Notes under the pieces: model-generated | Told to the model about the DNA's origin: nothing | The model's database searches: none | The model's input: only the letters and a program-made list of their open reading frames with translations | Source: an uncultured Pseudomonadota bacterium | Lineage (GTDB): Bacteria; Pseudomonadota; Alphaproteobacteria; Rs-D84 | DNA length: 50,013 bases | Direction of reading: 5' to 3' | Assembly (NCBI GenBank): GCA_902787665.1 | Contig: CADAHF010000003.1 | Location: 1 to 50,013, forward strand | In this document: piece after piece, positions 33,718-44,363 of the stretch | How positions within the stretch are numbered: position 1 is the stretch's first letter | Layout of the letters: each line of letters starts with the position of its first letter | Translations under genes and position numbers: made by a program

Positions 33718-34623
33718 ATGAAAATTGCAAAACTGTTGGCGATGAGCGATGTTATAATTCGTGGTCATATATTAAATTGGCCGTGGCGTTCACGCGTTCA
33801 CAGACGCGCTGTGCGCAGTGATGTGATTTCAAATATTATCCCAAGGTATTTTAAACGTTATTTGCCAGCTGCAGCAAAGGTTGTTGAACAACCGGTTATC
33901 AAAGATGATAAAAATGAAAAAATTTGGACTATTTGGCTTCAAGGTGAAAGAAAGGCCCCTAAATTAGTCAAGGCGTGTTTTAACAGTGTGCGAAAAAATT
34001 GTAAGCAAGAACTGGTTGTGTTGGATGAAGAAACAATTTTTGATTACATATCGTTGCCCCAAGAAATAATTGATAAATATAAACGTGGCATGATTGCTCA
34101 TGCGCATTTTGCCGATATTTGTCGTGTGGAATTATTGTATGAACATGGTGGAATTTGGCTTGATGCAACCGCATTTGCAACGGCGCCAATTCCAAGCTGG
34201 ATTATCAAGGAAGATTTCTTTGTGTATTTGGCTGGTAAAAATGTTGGGTCACCGTACAGTTTTATGCAAAACTGTTTTATACGCAGCCGCAAAGGTGCAT
34301 ATTTGTTGGCTGCATGGCGGGCGATGATTCTTGATTATTGGATGCACGAAAATCACAATTTTGATTATTTTATGCATCAGTTATTGTTCAAAACTTTGGT
34401 TATGAATGATCCGCGTGCAAAAAAATATTTTGCAAAAATGCCACATGTTGACCAAGATCCAACACATGCATTGTGGTGGGATTATCAACACAAACCTTTT
34501 GATGCCAAGGTGTTTAAAAAAGTTACCTCAGGCGCCTTTTTCCAAAAGGTGACATATCGTGGCGCGGATAACCCGATACCAGGTTCTTTTGCAGATGTCA
34601 TGATAAACAAAATGTACAAATAA
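33718..34623 (+). CDS. Capsular-polysaccharide-synthesis / GT32-like glycosyltransferase
   Basis: 'HFADICRVELLYEHGGIWLDATAF' is the sugar-transferase DXD-region motif shared by Caps_synth/Gly_transf_sug families. Confidence 0.65.
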   Translation: MKIAKLLAMSDVIIRGHILNWPWRSRVHRRAVRSDVISNIIPRYFKRYLPAAAKVVEQPVIKDDKNEKIWTIWLQGERKAPKLVKACFNSVRKNCKQELVVLDEETIFDYISLPQEIIDKYKRGMIAHAHFADICRVELLYEHGGIWLDATAFATAPIPSWIIKEDFFVYLAGKNVGSPYSFMQNCFIRSRKGAYLLAAWRAMILDYWMHENHNFDYFMHQLLFKTLVMNDPRAKKYFAKMPHVDQDPTHALWWDYQHKPFDAKVFKKVTSGAFFQKVTYRGADNPIPGSFADVMINKMYK

Positions 34624-34644
34624 TATAAACAGGAGAGGGAAACC

Positions 34645-35670
34645 ATGCCAGCAATATCGATAATAATACCGGTATATAATGTTGAAAAATACCTTAGGCG
34701 ATGTCTGGATAGTGTATTAAATCAAACATTTACTGACTGGGAAGCAATCTGTGTTAACGATGGCAGCCCCGATAATTCTGATAAAATTTTAGCAGAATAT
34801 GCTGCGCGTGATAAACGATTTAAAATTGTAAACAAACAAAACGGTGGGTTATCTGATGCGCGTAATGCCGGGTTTCCACATGCGCATGGTGAATATATTA
34901 TGTATTTAGACAGTGATGATTTTATTCATCCGCAAACAATGGAAATTGCACATGCAATGGCAAAACGCGATAATTCAGATATTGTTTCTTTCAGATACGA
35001 TAGACATTATCGTCCGCAATTAATGGTTCGACATTTCTTGCATATGAATACGGATAATGTTACCCCCAGGGCTATCAAGAAAAAGTATAAAATCAATCGG
35101 ATTCGCACTCTTATAACAGATGATATTTATCGTTATGCAACAGAACGGACGCACAATATGTTTAATCCAAATCGCAAGTGGCTTATTAAACATTGTCAGG
35201 TTTGGAAAAATATGTACAAGCGTGAATTAATTGCAGACATACCTTTTATTAAGGGGATTTTGTTTGAAGATTTTCCGTGGTGGAGTGTGGTTATGTTAAA
35301 GAACCCACGTGTTACGATTGTGCCACTGCCACTTTATTTCTATATACCTAATTTTGGCGGGATTGTTTTGGCTGCAAAACAATTGCGTATTATGCAAAGT
35401 TTGTGTACAGGAATAATATTTGCATACAAACAGTATCGTGAACATGCAACACCATATCAGTTCAAAATGTGGACAGATAATTTTATGTGGTTCTTTGTAA
35501 ACTGGGCATATCGCAAAGTACGTTATATGAAAACAAGTGATGATTTAGAGGCTGCGCGCCAATGTATGCGTGAACTTGTTTTATCTGGGGCATTGGAATG
35601 TCCAACATGTGATTGGTGCCAAATGAAATACAATCTTATTTTATTTGCGCGTGGGGATACGAACAAATGA
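34645..35670 (+). CDS. Glycosyltransferase family 2 (paralog A)
   Basis: 'ISIIIPVYNVEKYLRRCLDSVLNQTF', 'NDGSPDNS', 'NGGLSDARNAG', 'YLDSDD'. Confidence 0.85.
   Translation: MPAISIIIPVYNVEKYLRRCLDSVLNQTFTDWEAICVNDGSPDNSDKILAEYAARDKRFKIVNKQNGGLSDARNAGFPHAHGEYIMYLDSDDFIHPQTMEIAHAMAKRDNSDIVSFRYDRHYRPQLMVRHFLHMNTDNVTPRAIKKKYKINRIRTLITDDIYRYATERTHNMFNPNRKWLIKHCQVWKNMYKRELIADIPFIKGILFEDFPWWSVVMLKNPRVTIVPLPLYFYIPNFGGIVLAAKQLRIMQSLCTGIIFAYKQYREHATPYQFKMWTDNFMWFFVNWAYRKVRYMKTSDDLEAARQCMRELVLSGALECPTCDWCQMKYNLILFARGDTNK
34654..34821 (+). repeat. Near-identical 168-nt 5' segment shared by the two GT2 paralogs (copy 1)
   Basis: By eye this matches 35682-35849 with only scattered substitutions, while the rest of the two genes has diverged strongly. 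Confidence 0.7.
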
Positions 35671-36665
35671 TAAAGCCCAAAATATCAATAATAATACCGG
35701 TATATAATGTTGAAAAATACCTGCACAGATGTCTGGATAGTGTATTAAATCAAACATTTACTGATTGGGAAGCAATCTGTGTAAATGATGGCAGCCACGA
35801 TAATTCTGGTAAAATTTTAGCGGAATATGCTGCGCGTGATAAACGCTTCAGAATAATAAATAAAAAAAATGGTGGCGTAAGCCGTGCAAGAAACGATGGT
35901 ATTAAGAAATCATCTGGAAAATATATAATGTTTCTTGATAGTGATGATTGTATTCATCCGCAAACGATGGAATTGGTGTATAATTTTGCTTTAGATAATA
36001 ATGCAGATCTTGTTTCTTTTCGTGTTGATAATGATTTATATAAACAAATTCTAAAAGGCGCAGATACAGCAGCAAAATTAAAAAGGTGTTGTTTGCGTAA
36101 TTACAAGTTAAATAACATAAAATACAAAAAGACAGATTGTTTAATAAATTATGCAACCGAAAGAAATCATTCTTTTGGTCGTTTTAAGGTAAGACATTGT
36201 TATCCAGTTGTGCATTTGTATAAACGCGATTTATTACAAAAGATAGAATTTAACCACAATATTAAAATATGTGAAGATTTCCCATTTTTTACAAATGTTT
36301 TATTGCGTAAACCAAAAACTGTAATTTTGAATTTGCCGTTGTATTTTTATTTGCCAAACACAGATTCTGCATTAAAAAGTTTAGATGCCAAAAAATTGTT
36401 TGATAATGTTTCTTTGGCGATTATGGATGCTTTTGATAGTGTATCAAATTCTGGGCAGACGACTAAATGGGTTCGTATTTGGAATAAAGAATTTTTGTGG
36501 CCGTTTATAATAACACTTATACGTGCATCGCGTAATTTAGCAAACGAATATGTAAAAAAACAATTGATTAAAATGACCAAAGTTGGTGTTTTTGACAATC
36601 CACCGACAATGCGTGCGCGTAAATATAAACGCAGAATTGAAAAAATTATACACCCGATTTCTTAA
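35667..36665 (+). CDS. Glycosyltransferase family 2 (paralog B)
   Basis: Same GT2 motifs as paralog A. Start at the ATG at 35667 (MIKPKISIIIP), overlapping the upstream stop (ATGA). Confidence 0.85.
   Translation: MIKPKISIIIPVYNVEKYLHRCLDSVLNQTFTDWEAICVNDGSHDNSGKILAEYAARDKRFRIINKKNGGVSRARNDGIKKSSGKYIMFLDSDDCIHPQTMELVYNFALDNNADLVSFRVDNDLYKQILKGADTAAKLKRCCLRNYKLNNIKYKKTDCLINYATERNHSFGRFKVRHCYPVVHLYKRDLLQKIEFNHNIKICEDFPFFTNVLLRKPKTVILNLPLYFYLPNTDSALKSLDAKKLFDNVSLAIMDAFDSVSNSGQTTKWVRIWNKEFLWPFIITLIRASRNLANEYVKKQLIKMTKVGVFDNPPTMRARKYKRRIEKIIHPIS
35682..35849 (+). repeat. Near-identical 168-nt 5' segment shared by the two GT2 paralogs (copy 2)
   Basis: See copy 1. Confidence 0.7.
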
Positions 36666-37485
36666 ATCGTTTTGGTATTTTTACAACCCGTTTTAACCCG
36701 AGCATTCCTGGTTTGTCAAACGCATAGATTGGGCGAAAGACACGTTGCATTATGCGGGCAATTCGTAAATATTTTTCTGGCTTTGGTTTTATGTTTGTTA
36801 CCGCGTTTATTGTTCCATTACCGCGACGGTGCAGGTGGTTTACCCAATCCGTGCCGCGCTTTTCGGCTTTTTTTACCAACATGTTCATATCAACAGCACC
36901 AAAGTGCAGCAGATACAAATTTGGGTCAATGTGAAAATTATGATGATTTATACTATGAAATCCGCTGCCCCATTTAACTGGCTTGTTTATAACAACTGGT
37001 TTTGTATAACGCGTAGAAAGCAGGGCGTATTCACGTTGTTCCAGTATTGGCGCATCTATATCCAGTGGTTTTTCCAAATCCATATGTTGGCCGATATCCA
37101 ACCCAAGTCCAGAAACAGTTGTATGTATTTTTAATGATGATAAATAGTTTTCCAATGTTTTCCGTGTGTTCGGATCAACAATTAAAAATTCATCGCTGTC
37201 GCAACCAATAACAATGTCGTATGTTTTTAATAATTCTTGCGCCAGGGCAGACAATTTCCCAATACGGTATTTATCGCCAGCCGCACGTGACATTTCGATA
37301 TGTGGCAATTTCGTCACATGCGCATTACCAATGTTTTTTGGAATTTTTTGATCGGTACCATCAAGTATGATATAAAGATTTTCCGTTCCAAACTGTTTTC
37401 CATAGTATGCAATCCAACGTGACAAGAAAAAATCGTCATCGCGTGCCATAGTTATTGCGGCAATCTTTTTTGTTTGTTTTTTCAT
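36646..37485 (-). CDS. Glycosyltransferase-like protein (GT2/GT92-like fold)
   Basis: 'IAAITMARDDDFFLSRWIAYY' and 'IGCDSDEFL' (DXD) are typical of the stand-alone Glyco_tranf_2_4-type enzymes. Confidence 0.55.
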   Translation of the reverse strand: MKKQTKKIAAITMARDDDFFLSRWIAYYGKQFGTENLYIILDGTDQKIPKNIGNAHVTKLPHIEMSRAAGDKYRIGKLSALAQELLKTYDIVIGCDSDEFLIVDPNTRKTLENYLSSLKIHTTVSGLGLDIGQHMDLEKPLDIDAPILEQREYALLSTRYTKPVVINKPVKWGSGFHSINHHNFHIDPNLYLLHFGAVDMNMLVKKAEKRGTDWVNHLHRRGNGTINAVTNIKPKPEKYLRIARIMQRVFRPIYAFDKPGMLGLKRVVKIPKRFKKSGV

Positions 37486-38333
37486 AATGTTCCTGTTATT
37501 GCTTTTGTTATTGCATATTTTAACCCGCGCATAAATGCAGTAATTTTTGATTGTGATAAAACACGATTAACATATTCTGGATCATAGGCGCGTTTTGCGT
37601 TTGCAATAATTGCGTTACGCATTTGGATTGGCGTGTGTTTTAATACATACGATATTTGCGGGCCCAATGACCCATTGTGACGGGAAAATGCGACTTTTTT
37701 CATAAAGGGCATTTTTGCGCGATAATATTTTTTGACTTTGTTATATATATCGCGGTTGTGTGCAGAATATAAACACATCCATTTGCCGCCATATTCGACA
37801 ACATTTTTTGTAAATCCATGCTCATAGGCGCGTGTTATCGCGCCCTTGGATTCAAGATGTTTTACATTTGATATAAATTTATCGAACCATGTGGACATAA
37901 ATACACTTTTGCGCATACCAATAAACCAAGATTGAATATGTGGATGGTCGTGTTTAGTGTTTCTTACCAAACCAAACGCATCTGTGTTCGCAGATTCCAT
38001 TTTTTCAAGATATGGTTTCAGCGGGAAAAGGGGGCCGTACACAGAATCGTTTATCATATAAACAAAATCATATTTTGATAATTCAAGATTGTCACGTGCA
38101 AAAAGATATGCCCGTTTATATGAACCAAAATCATATTCACCATGACGCTTGCCGTCAGCATGCAAGACATAAGGTTTTAATTTTTTTAGTTCTGTTTTAC
38201 TGCAATCTGAATCCATACACAAAACAACATCGCCAAATTTTGACAATGCACGCACGTACAGAATCAATGAATCATCAATAATTCCATATTTATCATATCC
38301 AGCAAAAAGGAATAAACGATTTATTTTTTTCAT
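37482..38333 (-). CDS. Rhamnan-synthesis protein F (RgpF)-like glycosyltransferase
   Basis: 'LFLFAGYDKYGIIDDSLILYVRAL' and 'HIQSWFIGM' resemble the RgpF family. The start is uncertain: ATG 38333, ATG 38360 or TTG 38366. Confidence 0.55.
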   Translation of the reverse strand: MKKINRLFLFAGYDKYGIIDDSLILYVRALSKFGDVVLCMDSDCSKTELKKLKPYVLHADGKRHGEYDFGSYKRAYLFARDNLELSKYDFVYMINDSVYGPLFPLKPYLEKMESANTDAFGLVRNTKHDHPHIQSWFIGMRKSVFMSTWFDKFISNVKHLESKGAITRAYEHGFTKNVVEYGGKWMCLYSAHNRDIYNKVKKYYRAKMPFMKKVAFSRHNGSLGPQISYVLKHTPIQMRNAIIANAKRAYDPEYVNRVLSQSKITAFMRGLKYAITKAITGTL

Positions 38334-38393
38334 GCTTTTAACCTTGATATTACTATACATGTTCAATTATAATTTTTCAATAAAGGAAATTTT

Positions 38394-39596
38394 ATGACAT
38401 ATACACTTTTTGCAGAGCCAAATTTTAGACGGTATTTTAAAAAAGCGATATCAAAACAATATAAACAAGATACATATGTTGTTTGTTTTGATAATGCATA
38501 TATAGTGAATGAATTTGAACGAGGTTTTGGTGTGTTTGATAAAGATTTTCGTCTTGTCAAAGAATCGTTACAGACGCGTAGCAACAAATCCCAGTTTATA
38601 CCAATTTTTAGCCACGATAATATTCCGTATATAGATAAAGACGTCGTTTTTGTCGGTAATGTTAATCAATATTTTGGTCATTTCTTGTTGGAACATATGA
38701 ATCGAATTTATGCTTTAATGGATAAAAAATATCAGAATAAACATATTGTATTGATAAACGATAAAAATTTACCGGTTGTGCCAGATTATATTTTCAAATT
38801 GCTAGAATTTTTTGGTGTGCGGCGCAGTAATATAATTATTTTGAATTCTACAACACGATTTAAAAGTGTTTGCGTACCATCACAAAGTTTTAATTCAAGA
38901 TTATATACATCGGACAGTTTTGCAAAAACTTATGATAGAATTGCAGCAAACATACCAGATACACAAGTATATGACAAAATATATCTTTCGCGGGCTATGT
39001 TGGATGATAAACATAAGACACTTGGTGAAGAAAAGGTTCAAAAAATATTTGAAAAAAATGGTTTTAAAATAATTTATCCAGAAAAACTGCCGCTTAAAAC
39101 TCAAATTTCTTTAATAAAAAATTGTTCAGTATTGGCGGGTTGTGCTGGTACTGCATTGCATTTGGCATTGTTTATGAAACCAGGTGGCACAGTTATATCC
39201 ATAAAAAGAAATCGTAAGGCGGCATGTAATGCCATGATACAAAATAATGTTAACAATACTAAACAATTACACGGTGTGTTTATATCTGGTTCGATTGAAA
39301 AGCAAAAAACTAAACACAGTACCAATGCACCACAAATTATTGGTGTGAATAAATACATGAAACAATTTTTCGATGAATATAAATACAAATATACAGCAAA
39401 AGATTTAGATAAAGATATGATTGCGTGGAAACAATACGAAAATGTCTTACATGATTATAGTCAAACCCATGGTAATGCCTGGCTAAGGAATTCTAAACGT
39501 CTTGTAATAAATATTTCTTCGTGTTTTGTACCTGGTCGCGCAAGACGTAACGCGTATCGAGGATGGTTAAAGAAAGTTTTGAATTATAAAAAATAA
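38394..39596 (+). CDS. GT61/DUF563-family glycosyltransferase
   Basis: 'GHFLLEHMNRIYAL' and 'SLIKNCSVLAGCAGTALHLALFMKPGGTVISI' match the DUF563 pattern (GHfl.e...rl ... G.hGagLtn..f..pg..viEi). Confidence 0.7.
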   Translation: MTYTLFAEPNFRRYFKKAISKQYKQDTYVVCFDNAYIVNEFERGFGVFDKDFRLVKESLQTRSNKSQFIPIFSHDNIPYIDKDVVFVGNVNQYFGHFLLEHMNRIYALMDKKYQNKHIVLINDKNLPVVPDYIFKLLEFFGVRRSNIIILNSTTRFKSVCVPSQSFNSRLYTSDSFAKTYDRIAANIPDTQVYDKIYLSRAMLDDKHKTLGEEKVQKIFEKNGFKIIYPEKLPLKTQISLIKNCSVLAGCAGTALHLALFMKPGGTVISIKRNRKAACNAMIQNNVNNTKQLHGVFISGSIEKQKTKHSTNAPQIIGVNKYMKQFFDEYKYKYTAKDLDKDMIAWKQYENVLHDYSQTHGNAWLRNSKRLVINISSCFVPGRARRNAYRGWLKKVLNYKK

Positions 39597-39622
39597 AACA
39601 CCGCCCGGATGGGCGGTATTTT
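39595..39622. terminator. Bidirectional rho-independent terminator
   Basis: ACCGCCC (39600-39606) / GGGCGGT (39611-39617), loop GGAT, between convergent genes. Confidence 0.7.
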
Positions 39623-41459
39623 AATCATCTGTTTCGGCAAAGCGATATGCTTTTTTACGTTTGCCACTGTCTAATTCTTTCTTGCGCAGACGAATTGTTG
39701 TCGGGGTAACTTCGACTAATTCATCGTCTTGGATATAAGACAGTGCTTCTTCCAGACTCATTTTGCGTGGTGGGGCAAGGAACAATTTTTCATCAGCTGT
39801 AACAGAACGAACATTTGTTAATTGTTTACCCTTGACCGGATTAACCTCTATATCATTTTCCTTGGAGTGTTCACCGATTATCATACCAGAATAAACTTCT
39901 GTCTGTGGGCCGATGAACAAAACACCGCGTGGTTCCAAATTGTGCAACGCATATGTTGCCGCAGAACCAGCTTCCATTGATACCAAAACCCCTGGGCGAT
40001 ATTGTGTGATTGGACCGCGATATTCATCATATTTATCAAATACGCGATTCATAATGCCTGTGCCACGTGTGTCTGTGCGGAATTCGGACAGATAACCAAT
40101 TAACCCACGTGATGGTGCAGAAAACACAATACGGGTCTTGCCAGCGCCAGATGCCTTCATTTCAGTAATCGTTGCCTTACGTTTAGTCATCTTTTCGATA
40201 ACGACACCAGAAAATTCATCATCCACATCAATAACGACTTCTTCGATTGGTTCCAGTTTTTCACCATTTGGACCGGTTTTCATAACAACGCGTGGACGAG
40301 ATACTGATAATTCAAACCCTTCGCGACGCATTGTTTCAATCAAAATGCCCAACTGTAATTCACCACGACCAGATACTTCGAAAGCTTCGTTGTTTGCACT
40401 TTGTGTAACACGCAGTGCGATATTAGTTTCGGCTTCTTTGAATAATCTTTCGCCAATCATACGCGATGTTAATTTTTTACCAGATTTTCCAGCCAACGGT
40501 GATGTGTTCACAAAAAATGTCATTGTCAGGGTTGGTGGATCAATTGGCATTGCAGGAATAGGTGTGTTAACACTTGGGTCACAAAGTGTATCCGCCACAG
40601 TTGCCTTGGAAAATCCGGCAACAACCACAATGTCCCCAGCCGATGCGGAATCGCGTGAGATTTTTTCAACGCCACGATGTTCAATGATTTTCGTAATTTT
40701 TGCGTTTTCAATAAATTCACCGTTCATGTTAATTGCTTTTACAGCTTGGCCAACACGAACAGTTCCTGATTCAACCTTACCAGTTAAAATACGACCAACA
40801 TAGGGGTCCGCCTCAAGCGTTGTTGCCAACATTGAAAAAGGTGCGTCGATTTGGCAACGTTCACCGTTGCAATCGGGTGCCGGCACATGATCAACAATTA
40901 ATTGGAACAGTGGGGTTAAATCTTTGTGTTCGTCATTTAAATCACGAACCGCCCAACCATCACGACCAACCGAATATAAATATGGAAAATCAAGTTGTGA
41001 ATCTGTTGCACCCAATTTATCAAACAAATCAAATGTTTCAGTCAAGACTTCTTCTGGCCGGGCATCGCTTCTGTCCACTTTGTTAATACACACGATCGGA
41101 CGCAGCCCCAATTTCAATGCTTTACCCAAAACAAATTTGGTTTGAGGCAAGGGTCCCTCAGCTGCATCAACAAGCAAAACAACCCCATCAACCATGGATA
41201 AAATACGTTCAACTTCCCCACCAAAGTCAGCGTGTCCAGGTGTGTCTACAATGTTAATTTTATATTCACCCCATTGGATAGATGTCGGCTTTGCTGATAT
41301 GGTAATGCCACGTTCGCGTTCAATATCACCACTGTCCATGACGCGATCTTCAACCTTTTCGTTTTCGCGAAAAGTTCCCGCTTGCTTTAACATATTGTCA
41401 ACCAGTGTTGTTTTACCGTGGTCAACGTGCGCAATTATTGCGATATTGCGAATTTTCAT
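39621..41459 (-). CDS. typA: Translational GTPase TypA/BipA
   Basis: '[19 protein letters not shown]', '[14 protein letters not shown]', 'NKVDR', 612 aa. Confidence 0.95.
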   Translation of the reverse strand: MKIRNIAIIAHVDHGKTTLVDNMLKQAGTFRENEKVEDRVMDSGDIERERGITISAKPTSIQWGEYKINIVDTPGHADFGGEVERILSMVDGVVLLVDAAEGPLPQTKFVLGKALKLGLRPIVCINKVDRSDARPEEVLTETFDLFDKLGATDSQLDFPYLYSVGRDGWAVRDLNDEHKDLTPLFQLIVDHVPAPDCNGERCQIDAPFSMLATTLEADPYVGRILTGKVESGTVRVGQAVKAINMNGEFIENAKITKIIEHRGVEKISRDSASAGDIVVVAGFSKATVADTLCDPSVNTPIPAMPIDPPTLTMTFFVNTSPLAGKSGKKLTSRMIGERLFKEAETNIALRVTQSANNEAFEVSGRGELQLGILIETMRREGFELSVSRPRVVMKTGPNGEKLEPIEEVVIDVDDEFSGVVIEKMTKRKATITEMKASGAGKTRIVFSAPSRGLIGYLSEFRTDTRGTGIMNRVFDKYDEYRGPITQYRPGVLVSMEAGSAATYALHNLEPRGVLFIGPQTEVYSGMIIGEHSKENDIEVNPVKGKQLTNVRSVTADEKLFLAPPRKMSLEEALSYIQDDELVEVTPTTIRLRKKELDSGKRKKAYRFAETDD

Positions 41460-41598
41460 CGATTTTAACCTTTTTTATATAAATCGGGTATAGAGTATAT
41501 CATTTTTCGCGATTTTCAACAAGATAGAACAATTTTTATAATTTTTTTGATATTTTATATTTTTGTGCAATATTTGTGATGATAACAAGGAGATGTAC

Positions 41599-42006
41599 AT
41601 GAATAATAGTATAAAACCTTTTTTAGAATCGGCTTTAAACAGTGTCGGGGCATTTGCACCAAAGACACCAAAAGAAGTAGAAGCTGCCATTGATGCAACT
41701 TATTGTGTGCGAAATCTTGTGAAAAGTGGTGCGCGGTATACAGATTGGGATAATCTTTATATCAGCGTTAATAAATTAATTTCTTTGTGTGCAAAAAAGA
41801 AACATTATCAGAGGGTTTATATGACCATGAAAACGGTGTTTCGTTGTATGGCACAATATTATAAAGCGCCAAGAAATGCTTTTAAACGGGTGCATTTGAA
41901 TAATGCATTAAAAAGTTATTGGATTGTAGCTACAAGAAACCCGTTTCAAAAGATGAAATATAAAATGTTGTCTATGGAACGTATAGCACAAAGAATATCA
42001 AGATAA
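41599..42006 (+). CDS. Hypothetical protein (135 aa)
   Basis: AAGGAG lies 6 nt upstream of the ATG at 41599 and a terminator follows the stop. No family recognised. Confidence 0.45.
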   Translation: MNNSIKPFLESALNSVGAFAPKTPKEVEAAIDATYCVRNLVKSGARYTDWDNLYISVNKLISLCAKKKHYQRVYMTMKTVFRCMAQYYKAPRNAFKRVHLNNALKSYWIVATRNPFQKMKYKMLSMERIAQRISR

Positions 42007-42008
42007 TA

Positions 42009-42033
42009 AAAACCGGCAGATGCCGGTTTTTAT
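42009..42033. terminator. Bidirectional rho-independent terminator
   Basis: CCGGC (42013-42017) / GCCGG (42022-42026), loop AGAT, flanked by A and T runs. Confidence 0.7.
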
Positions 42034-42034
42034 T

Positions 42035-43312
42035 TTAGTGTTTTCCACCGATTTTGGTGCGTCCGCCCATTAATGGTTGTAACTTTTTCGGAATATTGAC
42101 CGAACCATCTGCATTTTGGTGGTTTTCAATCACAGGTACCAATGCACGCGGCAGGGCGATACCAGTATTGTTTAATGTCGCACAGAATTTTAATGTGCCA
42201 TCACTTGCGCGATAACGGGTGTTGGTGCGACGCGCCTGGAATTGGCCAATCGATGAACAAGAACCCAGTTCGCGATATGTGTTTTCAGATGGAATCCATG
42301 CTTCTACATCGTTCATTTTAACCTTGTTAAATCCCATGTCGCCGGTGCAGTTCGCGATTACGCGATAGGGCAATTCCAAATCTTCCATAACTTCGCACAG
42401 ATTGTTAAGCAGGTGTTCGTGCATTTCGTCACTTTGTTCTGGGGTACAGAAAACATATTGTTCAACCTTGTTAAACTGATGAACACGAACAATACCACGT
42501 GTGTCACGACCAGCGGCACCAGCTTCTTTTCTAAAACAAGGTGAAAAGCCCGCATATTTAATCGGTAAATCTTTCTCGTTCAATACTTCGTCTGCATGCA
42601 ATGAATTAAGGACAATTTCCGCCGTGCCGGCCAGACATCTGTCCGTATCGGTTAACATAAATACATCGTTATTCATAACCGACAAATCAGATCCCATAAA
42701 GTGACCAGCGTTGAAAATTGTCTGTGGTTTTGTGATTGACGGGCATTCGATATATTTGAAACCTTTGCCAATCAATTTTTGGATTACATAGGTTTGGACA
42801 GCCAATTCAAGTTCAGCCGCTTCGCCAGCCAATGCATAAACGCGTGTGCCACAAATACCAGCGATTTTTTCAGGCATCCACCAGCCGTTCATTTCCAGCA
42901 AATCCCACTGTGGACGCGGTGTGAAATCAAATTCACGAATTTTTCCAATACGGCGAACCTCAACATTTTCAGAATCATCACGGCCAATTGGTGCATCTGG
43001 TGATGGAATTTGTGGAACACAATGTAACAATTCATTTAATTGTGCTTCCTTGTCGGCTAATTCGGCCATATCAGCGGCGATTTCATCGCTGATTTGTTTT
43101 GATTTTGCAATCAATGGTGCCTTGTCAGTTGCAGTTGGTATTTCTTTTGTAATTTTATTTTTTTCCGCAGTCATAGTTTGCGTAATTGTTTTTAATTCAC
43201 GAACGCGGCTGTCCAATGCCAATATTTCATCAACATTGTCGGCAAAACCCTTGACCCGACAAGCGTTTTTTACCACATCTGGATTTTCACGAATATATTT
43301 AATATCAATCAT
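42035..43312 (-). CDS. serS: Serine--tRNA ligase
   Basis: 'MIDIKYIRENPD', coiled-coil arm, class II motifs 'FSPCFRKEAGAAGRDTRGIVRVHQFNKVE' and 'TLNNTGIALPRALVPVIENHQ'. Confidence 0.95.
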   Translation of the reverse strand: MIDIKYIRENPDVVKNACRVKGFADNVDEILALDSRVRELKTITQTMTAEKNKITKEIPTATDKAPLIAKSKQISDEIAADMAELADKEAQLNELLHCVPQIPSPDAPIGRDDSENVEVRRIGKIREFDFTPRPQWDLLEMNGWWMPEKIAGICGTRVYALAGEAAELELAVQTYVIQKLIGKGFKYIECPSITKPQTIFNAGHFMGSDLSVMNNDVFMLTDTDRCLAGTAEIVLNSLHADEVLNEKDLPIKYAGFSPCFRKEAGAAGRDTRGIVRVHQFNKVEQYVFCTPEQSDEMHEHLLNNLCEVMEDLELPYRVIANCTGDMGFNKVKMNDVEAWIPSENTYRELGSCSSIGQFQARRTNTRYRASDGTLKFCATLNNTGIALPRALVPVIENHQNADGSVNIPKKLQPLMGGRTKIGGKH

Positions 43313-43454
43313 ATTATGTGTCCTGTTTTTATTGTTTTGCCCAGATTATATGATTTTTTTGTGCCAAAATCAACATATTCATAGGGTTGAATTTATAGTT
43401 TGCGTTACATATATAATATGATATGATTTGCGCGATAAAAGGAAAGGAATTTTT

Positions 43455-44363
43455 ATGGATATTGAAATGTATGATGTAATTATTTTGGGTTCCGGCCCGG
43501 CGGGTTTGACGGCGGCATTGTATGCGGGACGTGCAAATAAAAAGACAATCGTTTTGGGTGGACAAACATTGGGCGGTCAAATGGCACAGATTGCAAAATT
43601 GGAAAATTATCCTGGGTGGTCTGGCGATGGTCTGGGGTTGGCTGAATTTATGAAAAAACAAGCAGAATCGTTTGGTGCAAAAATTATTTGTGCATCTGCA
43701 ACATCTGTTGATGGCGACGCAGAAAGTGGTTTCAATATTGCCGCAGATGATGGTAAAAGATATGTTGGCAAAACGGTTATATTTGCAACCGGGGCATCCC
43801 CGCGTAAACTGGAAATAGAAGGTGCGCGCGAATTAATGGGGCGGGGTGTTTCATATTGTGCGACATGCGACGGGTTCTTTTACTATGGCAAAGATGTAAT
43901 GGTAATGGGTGGCGGAAACGCCGCATTGAACGATGCACTGTATTTGGCGGATATTGCTAGGTCGGTAAAGATTGTTTATCGCCGTGGCGCGTTTACCCGT
44001 GCTGAAGAGGTATTGCGTAACAGAATTGCGGAACGGAAAAACATTGAATGTTTGTTTAATACCGACCTTAAAAAAGTGGCGGCGGTTCCAGACAGTGATA
44101 AATTAGTTGTGACAACAATGGACGATCAAGAAATTGAAACCGATGGTTTGTTTGTTGCCATTGGGCATGAGGCAAATACAGATTACCTGGACGAAGGGGT
44201 TGTTCGTGACGATATGGGACGATTAATACCGGGTAAATTGCCGGCGGGAACATTTGTTGCGGGCGATGTGCGTTCCAGTATAAAAATGCAAATTGCAACA
44301 GCGGTTGGAACGGGTTGTACCGCGGCGATGGATGCAATAGCATATCTTAATTCACATGAATAA
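43455..44363 (+). CDS. trxB: Thioredoxin-disulfide reductase
   Basis: 'DVIILGSGPAGLTAALYAGRA', redox-active 'CATCDG', 'GGGNAA', 'FVAGDV'. Confidence 0.9.
   Translation: MDIEMYDVIILGSGPAGLTAALYAGRANKKTIVLGGQTLGGQMAQIAKLENYPGWSGDGLGLAEFMKKQAESFGAKIICASATSVDGDAESGFNIAADDGKRYVGKTVIFATGASPRKLEIEGARELMGRGVSYCATCDGFFYYGKDVMVMGGGNAALNDALYLADIARSVKIVYRRGAFTRAEEVLRNRIAERKNIECLFNTDLKKVAAVPDSDKLVVTTMDDQEIETDGLFVAIGHEANTDYLDEGVVRDDMGRLIPGKLPAGTFVAGDVRSSIKMQIATAVGTGCTAAMDAIAYLNSHE

Noticed and set aside
40138-40803. 221-aa plus-strand ORF inside typA, and similar long antisense ORFs inside serS (42846-43421), uvrB (11410-11985), aspS (6491-6952), addB (25715-26218) and greA/mutL (47252-47770)
   Set aside because: All lie antisense or out of frame within strongly supported conserved genes and give Ser/Pro/Ile-rich translations without motifs. 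These are typical shadow ORFs.
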